Shown here: one piece after another, positions 47,767 to 60,639 of the stretch | Numbering within the stretch: the stretch's first letter is position 1 | Layout: the number at the start of each line of letters is the position of its first letter | The notes under the pieces: generated by a model | The model's input: the letters and a program-made list of their open reading frames with translations, nothing else | Database searches by the model: none | Told to the model about the DNA's origin: nothing | Made by a program: the position numbers and the translations under genes | DNA from: Azolla caroliniana | Lineage: Eukaryota > Plantae > Polypodiophyta | Direction of reading: 5' to 3' | Assembly: GCA_043228905.1 (NCBI GenBank) | Contig: JBHGNT010000012.1 | Coordinates: forward strand, 12,648,001-12,712,000 | Length of the DNA stretch: 64,000 nt

Positions 47767-50437
47767 CCATTTTTTTATTTTCAGTACTAAAATGTTTCAT
47801 TTCTTCATATTTCAGTACTAAATTTTTAGAATTGACATTTGTCATATTTGATATGTAATTCTAATGTTTGAAACAAAATATTTCTCACTTTGCAGGCCAC
47901 ATTTAAAAACATTTGATTGTGTTTTCTTGGTTGAGTCTATATAACATTAACTACTTTCGCAAGACACTTAATTTTTGTGGATAAATCTAGTGACCGAATG
48001 GGGGTTCCTAACGAGAGTAAGTTCTCAAGTAACTCATGCATATCTGAAAGGACTAAGAGACGAGTGGTTCTTCACATAGTCCGTTATTTGGTAGAAATAA
48101 CGAAGAGATTTAGTGAAGAGGATCGTAGGGATATTATCCGTAGAGTGTTACACCATCAAAGTTTGAATGAAGACATGGAGAGAATAAAATTTAGGGACCA
48201 ATGTGTTTCAGAAGAGATTGTGGAGTCTATGAAGTCATCCCTAGACTTAGTGAAAGGTGTAGAGAGCTTAGACAAACTTGCTACAAAGAGGGCAGCCCTA
48301 CACATGGTTGTGAACGGTGCGAGAGAAAAAAAATATAGTGATACTAAAGTTGCCTTAGCCCTGGGTATTCAAAGAAGGAACTTGAGGAAACATCGCCGAA
48401 ATATACACTCAAGCAAATTCAAGTGGCTAGGGTTGGGACGTAGACGACGATGTGATGCCTTATCTCAAGAGATTATTGAGAAAGTGGATTCATTTTGGGC
48501 CAAAAATACGCGTCTCACCAAATAAGAAGGACGTGTGTAGACAACGAATAAGTCAGGGTACGTACCAGATTCACCCTAGACACTTCTTGGAGATGACAGA
48601 GGTATTCCATTTTTTTATATCAATTCACATTCCATAACTTTGTGTTTTGACCAAGTGAATATTAATATTTGCTATATATATTGGTTGATGTAGGTTGAAT
48701 TGTACATGAACTTTAAAGACCAACATCCAAGCTTGACTGTTGGATTCCGCAAGTTCCAAGGTTTGAAACCATTTTATGTTAGAAAATTAAATGAGAGGAA
48801 TACATGTTGTTGTGTGTACCATGTGAAGATGGACATGTTAAGGCTAGCAGTGAATGCAATGCGTATTGATTCTAAGGGTATACACGGGGAATTATGTGTC
48901 TGCACTTGTGAGATTTGTAGACCAAATGGGGAGGATAATAGGTGTAATGCACGAAACATGACTTATGCATCCGTTTTTGAGCTATGGAGGTCTTGTGTTT
49001 GTGAAAAAGAACCATCATGTGAGTGGCATCGTCGTACATGTCTATTAAGAACATGTAAGGTTTGTTCGCTACCATTATTTTGTAGGCAGGAGCTTGATTT
49101 GGGAAATAGTCATATCGTGAAATGGAAATATTTGGAGTATGTGACTGAAAATATTGGCAAGGGAGTTGTAACTAAGCGTATCAAGGAAGTATATAAGGAG
49201 ACATGTGCTGCTACCCTTGTCTCAGAATTTAAGAAACAACTTGGGGAGTTCATTCCACATAACTTCCGGAGTTATTGGCAAAATTCACAGTTCAAGGAAT
49301 GTATTAATAACTTACCAATGGGTGTCATCGTATCCGTTATTGATTTTGCAGAAAACTATACATTTAAAGTTCAAAATGAGGTTCAATCAATGCATTGGTA
49401 CAATGATCAATGTACAAAACTTGTACATATTTGCTATTGGAGGCAAGACGGTGAGTTACATAAGAAATCAATATTTTACATTTCAGATGATAAAAAGCAC
49501 GATACACTATTTGTTCAACATTGTTTTAAGCTTCACCATGCAGATTTATTTTCTCTAGGGTTAACCTTTAATCGTCATTGGGTTTGGTCTGATGGTGCTG
49601 CCTCGCAGTTTAAGGCGGCACGATCGTTCTACTTTATCGCCAGGTAATTTTTAATCCATATGTTTCGTACTTATCATGCAATGTGTAAGGAAGTAATTCT
49701 TGTGTTAGTGGATGCATACTAATTATGTTTGTAACTATTAACAAACAGTACTATTCACATGGATGCATACTAATTATGTTTGTAACTATTCGAATCTTGC
49801 ACTTGTGAATGGATGCATGCATACTAATTTTGTTTGTACTATGTTGTATGTTGTATCTGTACTAAATCAGTATTTATTGAAGGATGTAAAGTACTCGTAT
49901 TGTACTCTATAGTATTGTCCGTCCTTAAGAGAATTGTACTAAGTAACTTTTAATCCATGTGAAGTGTTCTCCATAGACACATTGTACTATGTTGTGTTTA
50001 CAGAAGGATGTAAAGTACTCATCTTGTACTCATAGTATTGTCCGTCCTTAAGAGAATTGTACTAATTATCTTTTTATCCATGTGAAGTGTTCTCCATAGA
50101 CACATTGTACTATGTTGTGTGTTGTATCTGTACTATGTTGTGTGTATAGAAGGATGTAAAGTACTCATCTTCTACTTATAGTATTGTCCGTCCTTAAGAG
50201 AATTGTACTAATTATGTTTTAATCCATGTGAAGGGTTCTCCATAGACACATTGTACTATGTTGTGTTTACAAAAGGATGTAAAGTACTCATCTTGTGCTC
50301 ATAGTATTGTCCGTCCTTAAGAGAATTGTACTAAGTATCGATTAATCCATGTGAAGGGTTCTCCATAGACACATTGTACTATGTTGTGTTTACAAAAGGA
50401 TGTAAAGTACTCATCTTGTACTCATAGTATTGTCCGT

Positions 50438-53400
50438 TGTTGGGATTTCGGTCCCTCCGGATGGGATGTCCGGAGATGAATGACGGCAAGCCCGGAGGCT
50501 GTTACGGAACCGTATGATGAAGAGTACCCGGCATGAAGCCGGATGAAGAGTACCCGGTTACGGAGCCGGATGCTGAAGACCCCGGTTACGGAGCCGGATG
50601 ACGTATGTACCCGGAGAGAGATCCGGATGCGGGGACATATCTGTGAATCTGTTTGCCAAGGGCCCTTGAGGCTATATTTGTAAATAGCCCGAAAGTCATA
50701 TGTGTATAAATATGACTTAGGGCAAACAACTTATGTTGCTGCTCATTTCTTTTCTGTTTTTCCACTAAGAGGCAGCGAAGCGAGAGCAGCCGAGAGAGAG
50801 TGAGAGAGAAGGAGGAAGGAAGAGGTCGACGCCTCTGTGTAATACCGCCGCCTGTGGCGAGGACAGCGAGCTCAAGGTCGTTGCCTTGCAGCTCGCCATT
50901 GTACATTCCCGCGTATAGTGATAGTTGGAGTCTTGCACTCCCGTGGTTTTTTCCCATTTAGGGTTTTTCCACGTAAAACATCCAGTGTGCCCTTCTCTCT
51001 ATTGTTTTTTTCGTGACTGTTGTATTTCCCGTTTTCTGTGAATCGATCCTGTTCCTCGGTTGTGGCCGAGCACTGTTTTACAACAAGTGGTATCAGAGCG
51101 ACGGTAACACAGAAAATGGAAGGCGGTAGCAGCGGGCAGCCGGGGATGATGGTGCTGAATGCGCAGAACTACGCCGACTGGAAGATAAAGATGGAGGATT
51201 TGCTCATTGTTCGGGACCTGTATGAACCGATCGACAGGTCGGAAATACCCAAGGGGGTACTTGAGACGGAGTGGAGGCTTCTGAACCGGAAAGCCGTTGC
51301 AACCATTCGGCAATACGTCGACGTGAGCGTTCTACAACACGTGGCGAACGACACAAACGCATATGAGATGTGGAGGAAGCTGTCGGGCCTCTACGAGAGG
51401 AAGAATGCGTTGAACCGGACCTCCCTGATGAGAAAGATAGTGAACCTCAAGTACCGGGACGGCGAGAGTATGGTGGAACACGTAAGCACGTTCATGGGAT
51501 TCGTGAACCAGCTTGCGGCGATCAAGTTCCCGTTGGAGGATGCAATGCAAGCCATCATCCTGATGTGTACATTGCCGGACAGCTGGGAGAACTTGGTGGT
51601 GACTCTCAGCACCTCCTGCACCGAAGATAACTTGTCCCTACAAATGGTAAAGACAAGTATTTTGAACGAAGAAGCGCGTCGGAGAGATAAAGAACCGGTC
51701 TCCGACTCGAAGGCGCTGCTTACCGAATCGGAACGGGGAAGACAATGGAACCGGAGTCCGCAAAGATGGGAGAAGTCGGGGACCCGGTCGCAGTCAAGAG
51801 GAAGACCCACATGCTTCCACTGTGGGAAGCCGGGGCACTTCCGGAAGAATTGTCGGCATTACCGAAAAGACAACGGAGCCGACGACACCGATTCGAAGAA
51901 GTCACCGGAGAGAAACGGTGCATACCGGGGAGCCACGGACCGGAGAGGTCCGGATCGGCGAGGGCAGGACCGGAAAGGAACGACGGCACTCGCGGCAAGT
52001 GAGGAAGAAATCATGCTCATCACCGAAGAAGGTGAGCTAAACATTGCTGGCGATGAGACGACCTGGGTGGTCGATTCCGGAGCGTCGTTCCACCTGACCC
52101 CGGAGAGAAGATACTTCTCATCCTACACAGCCGGTGAGCATGGCTGTGTTCGGATGGGAAATGAAGGTACGTGCCGGATTTCCGGCATAGGAGACGTGTG
52201 GTTGACAACCCCGACCGGATGCAAAATGCTGCTGAAGGATGTCCGACACGTTCCGGAGGTTCGATTGAACCTGATTTCGGCCGGTAGGCTAGACGATGAA
52301 GGCTACACAGGTAGCATCCAGAACGGCGTAATGAAGTTCAGCAAAGGGAGCCTGATAGTGGCTCGGGCCCGGAAAGACAACACACTGTACCTGATGAATG
52401 CCCGGTTATGTCCGGAAGAGCTGAATGTGGCAACCGACACTGCCGGTGAGCTGTGGCACAAAAGACTGTGCCACATGAGTGTGAAGGGGATGAAGAGGCT
52501 TGCAGAAGACAACCTTATTCCAGTGAAGCAAGTGCACCTGGAGAAGTGCACCGATTGCCTGGCCGGTAAGCAGAACCGAACCTCCTTCCATTCAAGGCCA
52601 CCGACGAGACGTAGCGCACCACTGGAGTTGCTGCACACTGATGTGTGTCAGGTAGAAACGAAGTCACATGGCGGAGCCCAGTACTTCGTAACATTCATAG
52701 ATGATCATAGCCGAAAATTGTGGACGGCACCGCTGAAGACAAAGGACCAAGTGTTGTGCGTCTTCAAAGAACTCCACGCGAGAGTGGAAAGGGAATCCGG
52801 CAAGAAACTGAAATCGATACGAGCGGATAACGGAGGGGAATACCGGGGGCAGTTCCAGGAGTACTGTCGCTCGAAGGGAATCCGGCTCGAGTTTACTGTG
52901 CCGAAGACGCCGGAACTAAACGGGCTGGCCGAGAGGATGAACCGGACCATAATGGAGAGGGTCCGGAGTATGTTGGCGCATGCGAAATTACCCAAGGGGT
53001 TTTGGGCTGAGGCAATGTCGACGGCGACATACGTGATAAACAGATCACCCTCAGTACCTTTGGACGGAGACACGCCGCAGAAAGTGTGGACCGGTAAGGA
53101 AGTGTCCTACCGGCATCTGAAGGTGTTCGGGTGTCTCGCATACGTGCATGTGGCAAAGGACCGGAGAGGAAAGCTAGATCCAAAGACCCGGCCATGCATA
53201 TTCCTCGGTTACGGCGATGACGAGTTCGGCTACCGAGTATGGGACCCAGTCGACAAGAAGATATTCCGGAGTCGTGATATCATCTTCATGGAGAACAAGA
53301 CACTCGCCGACTGGGAGTCGGAGAAGAAGATGAAGAGCTCCAAGTCGACCGGTGAGGATCAACTCTACGAGGAGCAGTCCCGACCGGCAAGGGACCGGTT

Positions 53401-55850
53401 AGCACTCGAGGATCCGGCCGAAGACGGTGAAGAAACAGAACCGGCCGAAGAAGATGAAAATGATACCGGAACCGGCCCCGATCCCGAAATGGATTCGGAT
53501 GAAGAAGAAGAATCGGAAGAACCGGTTACCGAAGCTCCCGGACGGAGATATCCCCTAAGAGAGAGGAGGGCCCCCCGGAGATTCCCGGATCCAGAGCACG
53601 TGCTGCTAACCGACGAGGGGGAGCCGGAAAGTTTTGAAGAAGCAAAGCTTGACAACCATAGCCGCAGGTGGTTAAGTGCCATGCAGGAGGAGATGGATTC
53701 CCTGCATGAGAACCACACATATGAACTTGTGGAGTTGCCGAAAGGTAAGCGGGCACTTCGAAACAAGTGGGTGTTCAAGCTGAAACCGGGAGATGCCGGA
53801 AGCCCCCCGAGATACAAAGCCAGGATCGTAGTGAAGGGGTTCCAGCAGAAGAAGGGCGTCGACTTCGACGAGATATTTGCCCCGGTAGTGAAGATGACCT
53901 CCATCCGGACGGTGCTGAGCATAGCGGCAAGCATGGACCTCGAGGTAGAACAGATGGACGTGAAGACGGCATTCCTTCACGGGGACCTCGAAGAAGAGAT
54001 CTACATGCAACAACCAGAAGGATTCGAGAAGAAAGGGAAGGAGCACCTGGTATGCCGGTTGAAGAAGAGCCTTTACGGACTGAAGCAGGCTCCCCGGCAA
54101 TGGTACCGAAAGTTCGACTCCTTCATGACCGACGAAGGGTACCACAAAACGCAGTCTGATCACTGCGTGTTTGTGAAGAAGTTCAAAGGAGGAGACTCTC
54201 TAATACTCCTCCTGTACGTGGACGACATGTTGATCGTCGGACGGGACCAGGTCAAGATACGGGCGCTGAAGAAAGCGCTTCACCGAACCTTCTCAATGAA
54301 GGACCTGGGTCCGGCGAGGCAAATACTAGGGATGCACATCATCCGGGACCGGAAGAAGAAGCAGTTGTGGCTGTCACAGGAGAAGTACGTGACAAAGGTG
54401 CTTCACCGGTTCAACATGTCGGAAGCAAGACCGGTCGGGTCAACCCTCCCGGCAAACTGCAAGTTGTCCAGCAAGCAAAGCCCCAAGACAAAGGCTGAGA
54501 AAGAGGACATGATGAAAGTACCATATGCCTCTGCCGTCGGAAGCTTGATGTACGCAATGGTGTGTACAAGACCGGACATAGGATATGCAGTTGGAGTGGT
54601 GAGCCGGTACATGAGCAATCCCGGCAAAGAGCACTGGAACGCGGTCAAGTGGATACTCCGATACCTGAAGGGCACGGCAAACGTGTGCCTCCGATTCGGC
54701 TCCGGTAAGCCCGAATTCGACGGCTTTACCGATTCGGATATGTCGGCTGATGCAGATACCAGCCGGTCCACATCAGGGTATGTGATGACGTATGCAGGTG
54801 GAGCTGTTTCGTGGCAGTCGAGGCTACAGAAGACGGTTGCGCTGTCAACCACGGAGGCGGAGTACATGGCGGCTGTTGAAGCCGGCAAGGAAATAATATG
54901 GATGAAGGACTTCATTAGAGAGCTCGGTATCCGGCAGGAGGAGTACCGACTCTACTGCGATAGTCTGAGTGCCATCCACCTTGCGAAGAACGCGGCCTAC
55001 CATTCCCGGACGAAACACATCCAGCGTAGATACCACTGGATCCGGGAAAGAGTAGAAGACAAGGAGTTCGTGCTGACGAAGATCCACACGGACGAGAACG
55101 GGTCGGATATGCTGACCAAGGTGCTCACACCCGACAAGCTGGAAGCATGCCGGAAGAGGATCGGGTTGGAGAGACATCCCATGCCGAAGTGAAGGGGGAG
55201 TTTGTTGGGATTTCGGTCCCTCCGGATGGGATGTCCGGAGATGAATGACGGCAAGCCCGGAGGCTGTTACGGAACCGTATGATGAAGAGTACCCGGCATG
55301 AAGCCGGATGAAGAGTACCCGGTTACGGAGCCGGATGCTGAAGACCCCGGTTACGGAGCCGGATGACGTATGTACCCGGAGAGAGATCCGGATGCGGGGA
55401 CATATCTGTGAATTTGTTTGCCAAGGGCCCTTGAGGCTATATTTGTAAATAGCCCAAAAGTCATATGTGTATAAATATGACTTAGGGCAAACAACTTATG
55501 TTGCTGCTCATTTCTTTTCTGTTTTTCCACTAAGAGGCAGCGAAGCGAGAGCAGCCGAGAGAGAGTGAGAGAGAAGGAGGAAGGAAGAGGTCGACGCCTC
55601 TGTGTAATACCGCCGCCTGTGGCGAGGACAGCGAGCTCAAGGTCGTTGCCTTGCAGCTCGCCATTGTACATTCCCGCGTATAGTGATAGTTGGAGTCTTG
55701 CACTCCCGTGGTTTTTTCCCATTTAGGGTTTTTCCACGTAAAACATCCAGTGTGCCCTTCTCTCTATTGTTTTTTTCGTGACTGTTGTATTTCCCGTTTT
55801 CTGTGAATCGATCCTGTTCCTCGGTTGTGGCCGAGCACTGTTTTACAACA
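50438..55850 (+). mobile_element. Ty1/copia retrotransposon E (Tork/Tnt1-like), intact and very young
   Basis: 648-bp LTRs 50438-51085 and 55203-55850 (2 differences seen); TSD TCCGT; PBS iMet at 51088; PPT GAAGGGGGAG. Confidence 0.97.
51116..55192 (+). CDS. Copia gag-pol polyprotein (~1358 aa from ATG 51116)
   Basis: First ATG after the PBS; CFHCGKPGHFRKNC, WVVDSGASFH, HTDVC/ADNGGEY/NGLAER, LLYVDDML, Tnt1-like KVPYASAVGSLMYAMVCTRPDI. Confidence 0.96.
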   Translation: MEGGSSGQPGMMVLNAQNYADWKIKMEDLLIVRDLYEPIDRSEIPKGVLETEWRLLNRKAVATIRQYVDVSVLQHVANDTNAYEMWRKLSGLYERKNALNRTSLMRKIVNLKYRDGESMVEHVSTFMGFVNQLAAIKFPLEDAMQAIILMCTLPDSWENLVVTLSTSCTEDNLSLQMVKTSILNEEARRRDKEPVSDSKALLTESERGRQWNRSPQRWEKSGTRSQSRGRPTCFHCGKPGHFRKNCRHYRKDNGADDTDSKKSPERNGAYRGATDRRGPDRRGQDRKGTTALAASEEEIMLITEEGELNIAGDETTWVVDSGASFHLTPERRYFSSYTAGEHGCVRMGNEGTCRISGIGDVWLTTPTGCKMLLKDVRHVPEVRLNLISAGRLDDEGYTGSIQNGVMKFSKGSLIVARARKDNTLYLMNARLCPEELNVATDTAGELWHKRLCHMSVKGMKRLAEDNLIPVKQVHLEKCTDCLAGKQNRTSFHSRPPTRRSAPLELLHTDVCQVETKSHGGAQYFVTFIDDHSRKLWTAPLKTKDQVLCVFKELHARVERESGKKLKSIRADNGGEYRGQFQEYCRSKGIRLEFTVPKTPELNGLAERMNRTIMERVRSMLAHAKLPKGFWAEAMSTATYVINRSPSVPLDGDTPQKVWTGKEVSYRHLKVFGCLAYVHVAKDRRGKLDPKTRPCIFLGYGDDEFGYRVWDPVDKKIFRSRDIIFMENKTLADWESEKKMKSSKSTGEDQLYEEQSRPARDRLALEDPAEDGEETEPAEEDENDTGTGPDPEMDSDEEEESEEPVTEAPGRRYPLRERRAPRRFPDPEHVLLTDEGEPESFEEAKLDNHSRRWLSAMQEEMDSLHENHTYELVELPKGKRALRNKWVFKLKPGDAGSPPRYKARIVVKGFQQKKGVDFDEIFAPVVKMTSIRTVLSIAASMDLEVEQMDVKTAFLHGDLEEEIYMQQPEGFEKKGKEHLVCRLKKSLYGLKQAPRQWYRKFDSFMTDEGYHKTQSDHCVFVKKFKGGDSLILLLYVDDMLIVGRDQVKIRALKKALHRTFSMKDLGPARQILGMHIIRDRKKKQLWLSQEKYVTKVLHRFNMSEARPVGSTLPANCKLSSKQSPKTKAEKEDMMKVPYASAVGSLMYAMVCTRPDIGYAVGVVSRYMSNPGKEHWNAVKWILRYLKGTANVCLRFGSGKPEFDGFTDSDMSADADTSRSTSGYVMTYAGGAVSWQSRLQKTVALSTTEAEYMAAVEAGKEIIWMKDFIRELGIRQEEYRLYCDSLSAIHLAKNAAYHSRTKHIQRRYHWIRERVEDKEFVLTKIHTDENGSDMLTKVLTPDKLEACRKRIGLERHPMPK

Positions 55851-57689
55851 TCCGTCCTTAAGAGAATTGTACTAAGTATCGATTAATCCATGTGAAGGGT
55901 TCTCCATAGACACATTGTACTATGTTGTGTGTTGGTTCTGTACTATGTTGTGTTTACAAAAGGATGTAAAGTACTCATCTTGTACTTATAGTATTGTCCG
56001 TCCTTAAGAGAATTGTACTAATTATGTTTTAATCCATGTGAAGGGTTCTCCATAGACACATTGTACTATGTTGTGTGTTGTATCTGTACTATGTTGTGTT
56101 TACAAGAGGATGTAAAGTACTCATCTTGTACTCATAGTATTGTCCATCCTTCAGAGAATTGTACTAAATCAGTATTTACTCATGTTGTACTCATAGTATT
56201 GTACTCATCTTGTACTCATCTTTTAAACACACTGTGTGGTACTGATTATCTATTAATCAATGTTCAGCGTTCTCCATGAACACACTGTATTGTACTATGT
56301 GTTGTATCTATACTAAATCAGTGTTTATTGGGGGATGTAAAATACATGTCTTGTAGTACTAATGATCTTCTAAGGAGGGTTGTGTTCTCTGTGGACACAT
56401 TGTACTGTACTATCCGATATTGAACATTTTGTACTATTTATCTGTTAATACATGTGGAGTGCTTTCCATGAACTCATTGTACTATACTTTGTGCTATATC
56501 CATACTAAGTTAGTATTAAATGGATGCCAGGTACTGTTGGTTGACAACATAGTACTATTTATCTTTTAATAAGTGTAGAGTGTTCTCAATGGATACGTTG
56601 TGCTATGCTTTGTTTTGTATTTGTACTAAATCAGTATTAATGGAAGTGTAGTACTCTCAATTGACAACATAGTACTAAATTTGTTGGAAACTTGAGATAC
56701 CAAAGCAGGTATTTCTCCTTATTCAATATTCGTATGCAATGGAATTACTTCGGGTCTGGACATGGAAAAGGAGAGCATGATGGCGCGGGGGCTGTGATCA
56801 AACGTGCCCTTACAAGTGAGCAGTTGGATAATAATGGTGCTAAGTTACAAAATGCACATGATGTTGTGCAGTGGCTAACATGGAAGATGTCAAATGATGG
56901 TAAGAACAGATTGTTTGTTGAAGTTCGCGCTGATGAGGTCGATAGAACTAAATCATATGGTTGTAAAACCGTGAAAGGCACACGCAACACCCATTGTGTG
57001 TTAGGGTTTAGCCGCAAGGACACAACACAATTGTTACTCCGTAGTTTATCCTGCTTTTGTTCCATGTGTCTAGATGAAGCTTGGGATAAATGCATCAACC
57101 TATCAATCGTGGAGCCCTGGAAGCTGTAGAAGCTTGAGCCTGAACGACAAGATGATATTGAAGAGGATGTGCATTCAAACGATATTGTATACTACAACCA
57201 AAATCAAGACTTGGCAGTTTTATTGGAAGTTGGAGATCATTTTGCAGTGCTCAAATCTCCTCAGAATGAAGATTTAGAAGACTACTACATTGTGGTGTGC
57301 AAGCAAGGAAAGACATTATTGAAAGAAGTGGTGAGGGATGGTTGGGGCAACAATTTCAACGTTGGTGAGTCTGTCGTGTATGGAAACTATTATGCAAAGT
57401 TGCCGCAGTGCAAGAACACATATGCATTACTAAAAGAAGCACCCATCGCAATAATCTACGTTGATGCCATTCTTGCGATCAAATTCAATATGACTCAAGC
57501 AAAGCACAAGGTTAAGGGATACAACACTATCTACAAGGTCCCCCAAGAGGTTCATGAGTACATATTAGGGGAGGTCTCTCTATTTAATGCTTGAAAGTCA
57601 CCCTATCAATACATTGTACCAGAAAACTGAAAAACATCCACTTGGAGTTCACTATTAATTTTGATGATTGACAAATGAATTGATATATT

Positions 57690-58740
57690 TCGTCTTTCTT
57701 CTAATGTGTTTATGCCTCTCAACCACTTGTACTTATCTTTCATAATATATTAGCTGTTCTCAACAGGACTTGGATTTCTTCATTGCCGATATTGCTCATG
57801 TTTCCTGATGTTATTTGAGCATAGAAGTTTTGCAGAGCCATGTTAAAATGAGTAAAAATATTGTATATCTTCTTGATAAAGTCTAGATTCATAAGAGTTG
57901 GTGTGTCCTCTGTTGGCACATAAATCTACTCTTCTTTTGCTACCAAGAGAAGATTGTTAGTTGAATTCATTAAAGACTTTAATATTGTAAGATTTTCTAC
58001 TGTAAGTTCATTCTTCAAAGGGGGCGATGAATTCTGTGAAGACAACAAAGAAAATTATTCTCTCAGAATCCTTTTTTGTTTCATGATATGTCCTGTGAAG
58101 CCATCTGAGTTTTAACTTCTTGTATATAAGTCCTGAATATCCAGGCTATGGATTTTAAAGTACAGACCTTCCTTTCCTTAACAAAATAATCCAACTCCTG
58201 AAACAATAATTTGTGATACCTCAAAAAGGTAAGTGTTTCCTTACTACTGTTAGTGGATGGTTCATCTTTTGGGATGATATCATCAAAATATGGCCCACAT
58301 TGCTTCAACAATTTGCACACATTCTGGTTACCCTCCAAATGGGATTGATGAAACAGTCTATACTTCAGTATATCTTCAATAACACCCGATATTTTCTGTT
58401 TCTCATCATCAACACCTGAAAACCTAAATTTTCCTAGCAAGCTAAGAAGACTTTCAAGCATTTTATCTACAACAGACTGAAAGACTTTGCGAGAATTAGG
58501 AGATGATCTCAAAAAAGAAACAAAACGTTGTAAAATAAGAATACTTAGATCAAAAAGTATATTCCCATTGTTTTTGATATATGTTGACGAGCAAAATATA
58601 GAAGCAATCCTTAAACATGAACTTGATTTCACACTGGTATAACTATTTCAGATTCATGAACTGGATTTTTGACATTGGCAATTGAAACAGTATTTTGGTA
58701 TCCAAATAGTTCAATTTCAAACATCACTAACAACTAAAGT
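57690..58740 (-). pseudogene. Captured fragment resembling plant URB2/Npa2 (nucleolar pre-rRNA processing protein)
   Basis: RFVSFLRSSPNSRKVFQSVVDKMLESLLSLLG, EDILKYRLFHQSH, YHKLLFQEL and, after a frameshift, STNNLL...IYVPTEDT....LDFIKKIY recall consecutive blocks of plant URB2 proteins (recognised from memory). Confidence 0.55.
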
Positions 58741-58761
58741 TCAAGTACAATCGAAAGACAA

Positions 58762-60552
58762 TCAGGCACTAGAGGGTAACTTGGCCAATCTTGTAATGCG
58801 CTTGTTGTTGGTGCCAGATTTTTCTGATTTTACATTCTTCTTTATCTTAAAGCCTTTAGGTATGAGCTGACTAAGTGGTACTTCATCATCAGAGGCATCA
58901 GAGACATGCGTGGATGCGCGGGCACCTTGTACTGGTGGCAAGCTTGAGAGAGCAACTGTGTTTTCTGCAACTGCAATGCTTGTACACAAATCCACAAAGG
59001 TGTTGTCGATAGACAAATTATCACTCATCTCCTGAATGCTTGTACTCCTAGCGATCTTTATTGCCCTATCATCATCGCTGATGCCTATACACTCGTTCTT
59101 ATTAGACTCCTGTATGTGGACCGTGGTAGTAGTCATGGTCAACTCCTCTTGTACGGTGGATGTCACCTCATTCTTAAGACAACGTGTACATGCTTGGGTG
59201 GTCGTTATTGCCTGGTCCTCTTGGGTGATGCTAGTATGCTCGCTCTGAGTACAATCAGGCCCCCCTTCATTAGTAACGTTGTTCGCTCTACACTCCTCAT
59301 GGGATTTTGTACAATCAGGCTTATCTTCAAGGAAAGCGATGTTCTTTCCACGATCCTCATGGGCTTCACAAGACACTACTAGCACATTCTCAGTACAATC
59401 AAGCTCCTCTTCATTACTAGCAATGTTCTTTCCATGATCCTCATGGGAATCTTTAGACAGTACTAGCACATTATCAGTAGACACTACTAACACATTATCA
59501 GTATTCTTTCCACACTCTTCATGGGCTTCAATCTTCTCTTCAGTACTTGCCATATTCTTTCCACACTCCTCATAGGCTTCTTTAGACATAGTGTTGTTTG
59601 TACATGCCATCTACTCTTCACATATGAATGCTTCGTTTTTCTCACAATCCTCATGTGTGGAAGATGTGCTTCCAGAGTTTGCCTCCGTGCAAAGGTTAAT
59701 TTGATTCTGACTCTGACCAGAATCTGACTCTGCACTTGTGCTCCATGAAGTTCCCGATTCATTTGATTGCAGTTGGGAATCAGACTGCTCTTGTAAACCT
59801 AATTAATGGGATTCCAAAGAATATTGGTATCAACTCACATACTCAAAAGTTTGCAAACAATGAACATAGGGTTTAGGGCCACATTTTTACCTAATGTTAC
59901 ATCGTCATACTGTAGAGCCGTAGATACCCCATTGCAAGTGGTGGGCTCGGTCATCTTCTCCATAACATCTAGGTGCTCAACAGTGATGTTATGATCTATA
60001 ATAGCAACAAAAATAGGGTTGTTATGAGCTAAATCATTGTTTTCAAAGTCTAGCTTTTGACGTGTACCTAGGAGTGTGATAAATTCGTCTTCACGATCAG
60101 GTTTTGGACTCGTATCTCCGTCACCAAATATCATTTCGTCATCAGCTAGTAACACAAGTACATGGTATTAGACAATGGATTAGGTTGACAATGCTTCGGA
60201 CAGGTGAGAACTTATATGACTCACCATTGCATTCAACTTTGCCTTTCTTGTCGTTTCCATACAACATTCTTGCAACATTTCTCTTCTTACTAGGCTCTAT
60301 TTGTAAAGAAACTGCATTTCTCTTCTTAGTGGGCTCTATTTCTTGATGTTGACCGGAGTTTGGGGAATTTGTTTGTAGAAGCATATGTTCCACTACTCCA
60401 ATGGCCCTTCTCATACATTCATCCTCATCATAAAAATCATAGGTTATTGGTAATGATGGTCCCTGAACCTTGGAATGTGCAGCAGATATTGAGGGTTTAG
60501 GCACAGGGGCTGGTTGTTCCATTACCTTCCCTGGCGTGGAGTTGCTTGACAC
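58762..60552 (-). pseudogene. Low-complexity, internally repetitive last exon(s) of the transposon cargo gene
   Basis: Overlapping frameshifted ORFs (60142-60603, 59835-60155, 58762-59610) with repeats such as HEECGKN; probable acceptor TTGTAG near 60553. Confidence 0.45.
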
Positions 60553-60639
60553 TACAACATTCATTGCAAGAAACAAAAAAACCTTGAATGTTAGTACCAT
60601 CATCTAAAATATATAATGTAGGTCACAAGAGCTGCTTCC

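Larger units (their letters stand above)
49830..56680. repeat. GTAC-rich 122/146-bp tandem array in transposase intron 2, split by copia E
   Basis: CCATAGACACATTGTACT recurs at ~49971, 50093, 50240, 50362, then ~55903 and 56050. Confidence 0.88.
47977..57594 (+). pseudogene. Spliced DD[D/E] transposase (Sola2-like); exons ~47977-48601, 48694-49643, 56709-57594
   Basis: GT-AG introns ~48602-48693 and 49644-56708 join FYFIAR|YFSLFNIRMQWNYFGSGHGKG in frame; frameshift near 48512 and in-frame TAG at 57127 suggest inactivation. Confidence 0.75.

Noticed and set aside
50586-50957. 123-aa minus-strand ORF duplicated at 55351-55722 (and similar twin ORFs at 29920/34931)
   Set aside because: Duplication only reflects the paired LTRs; no coding signature.
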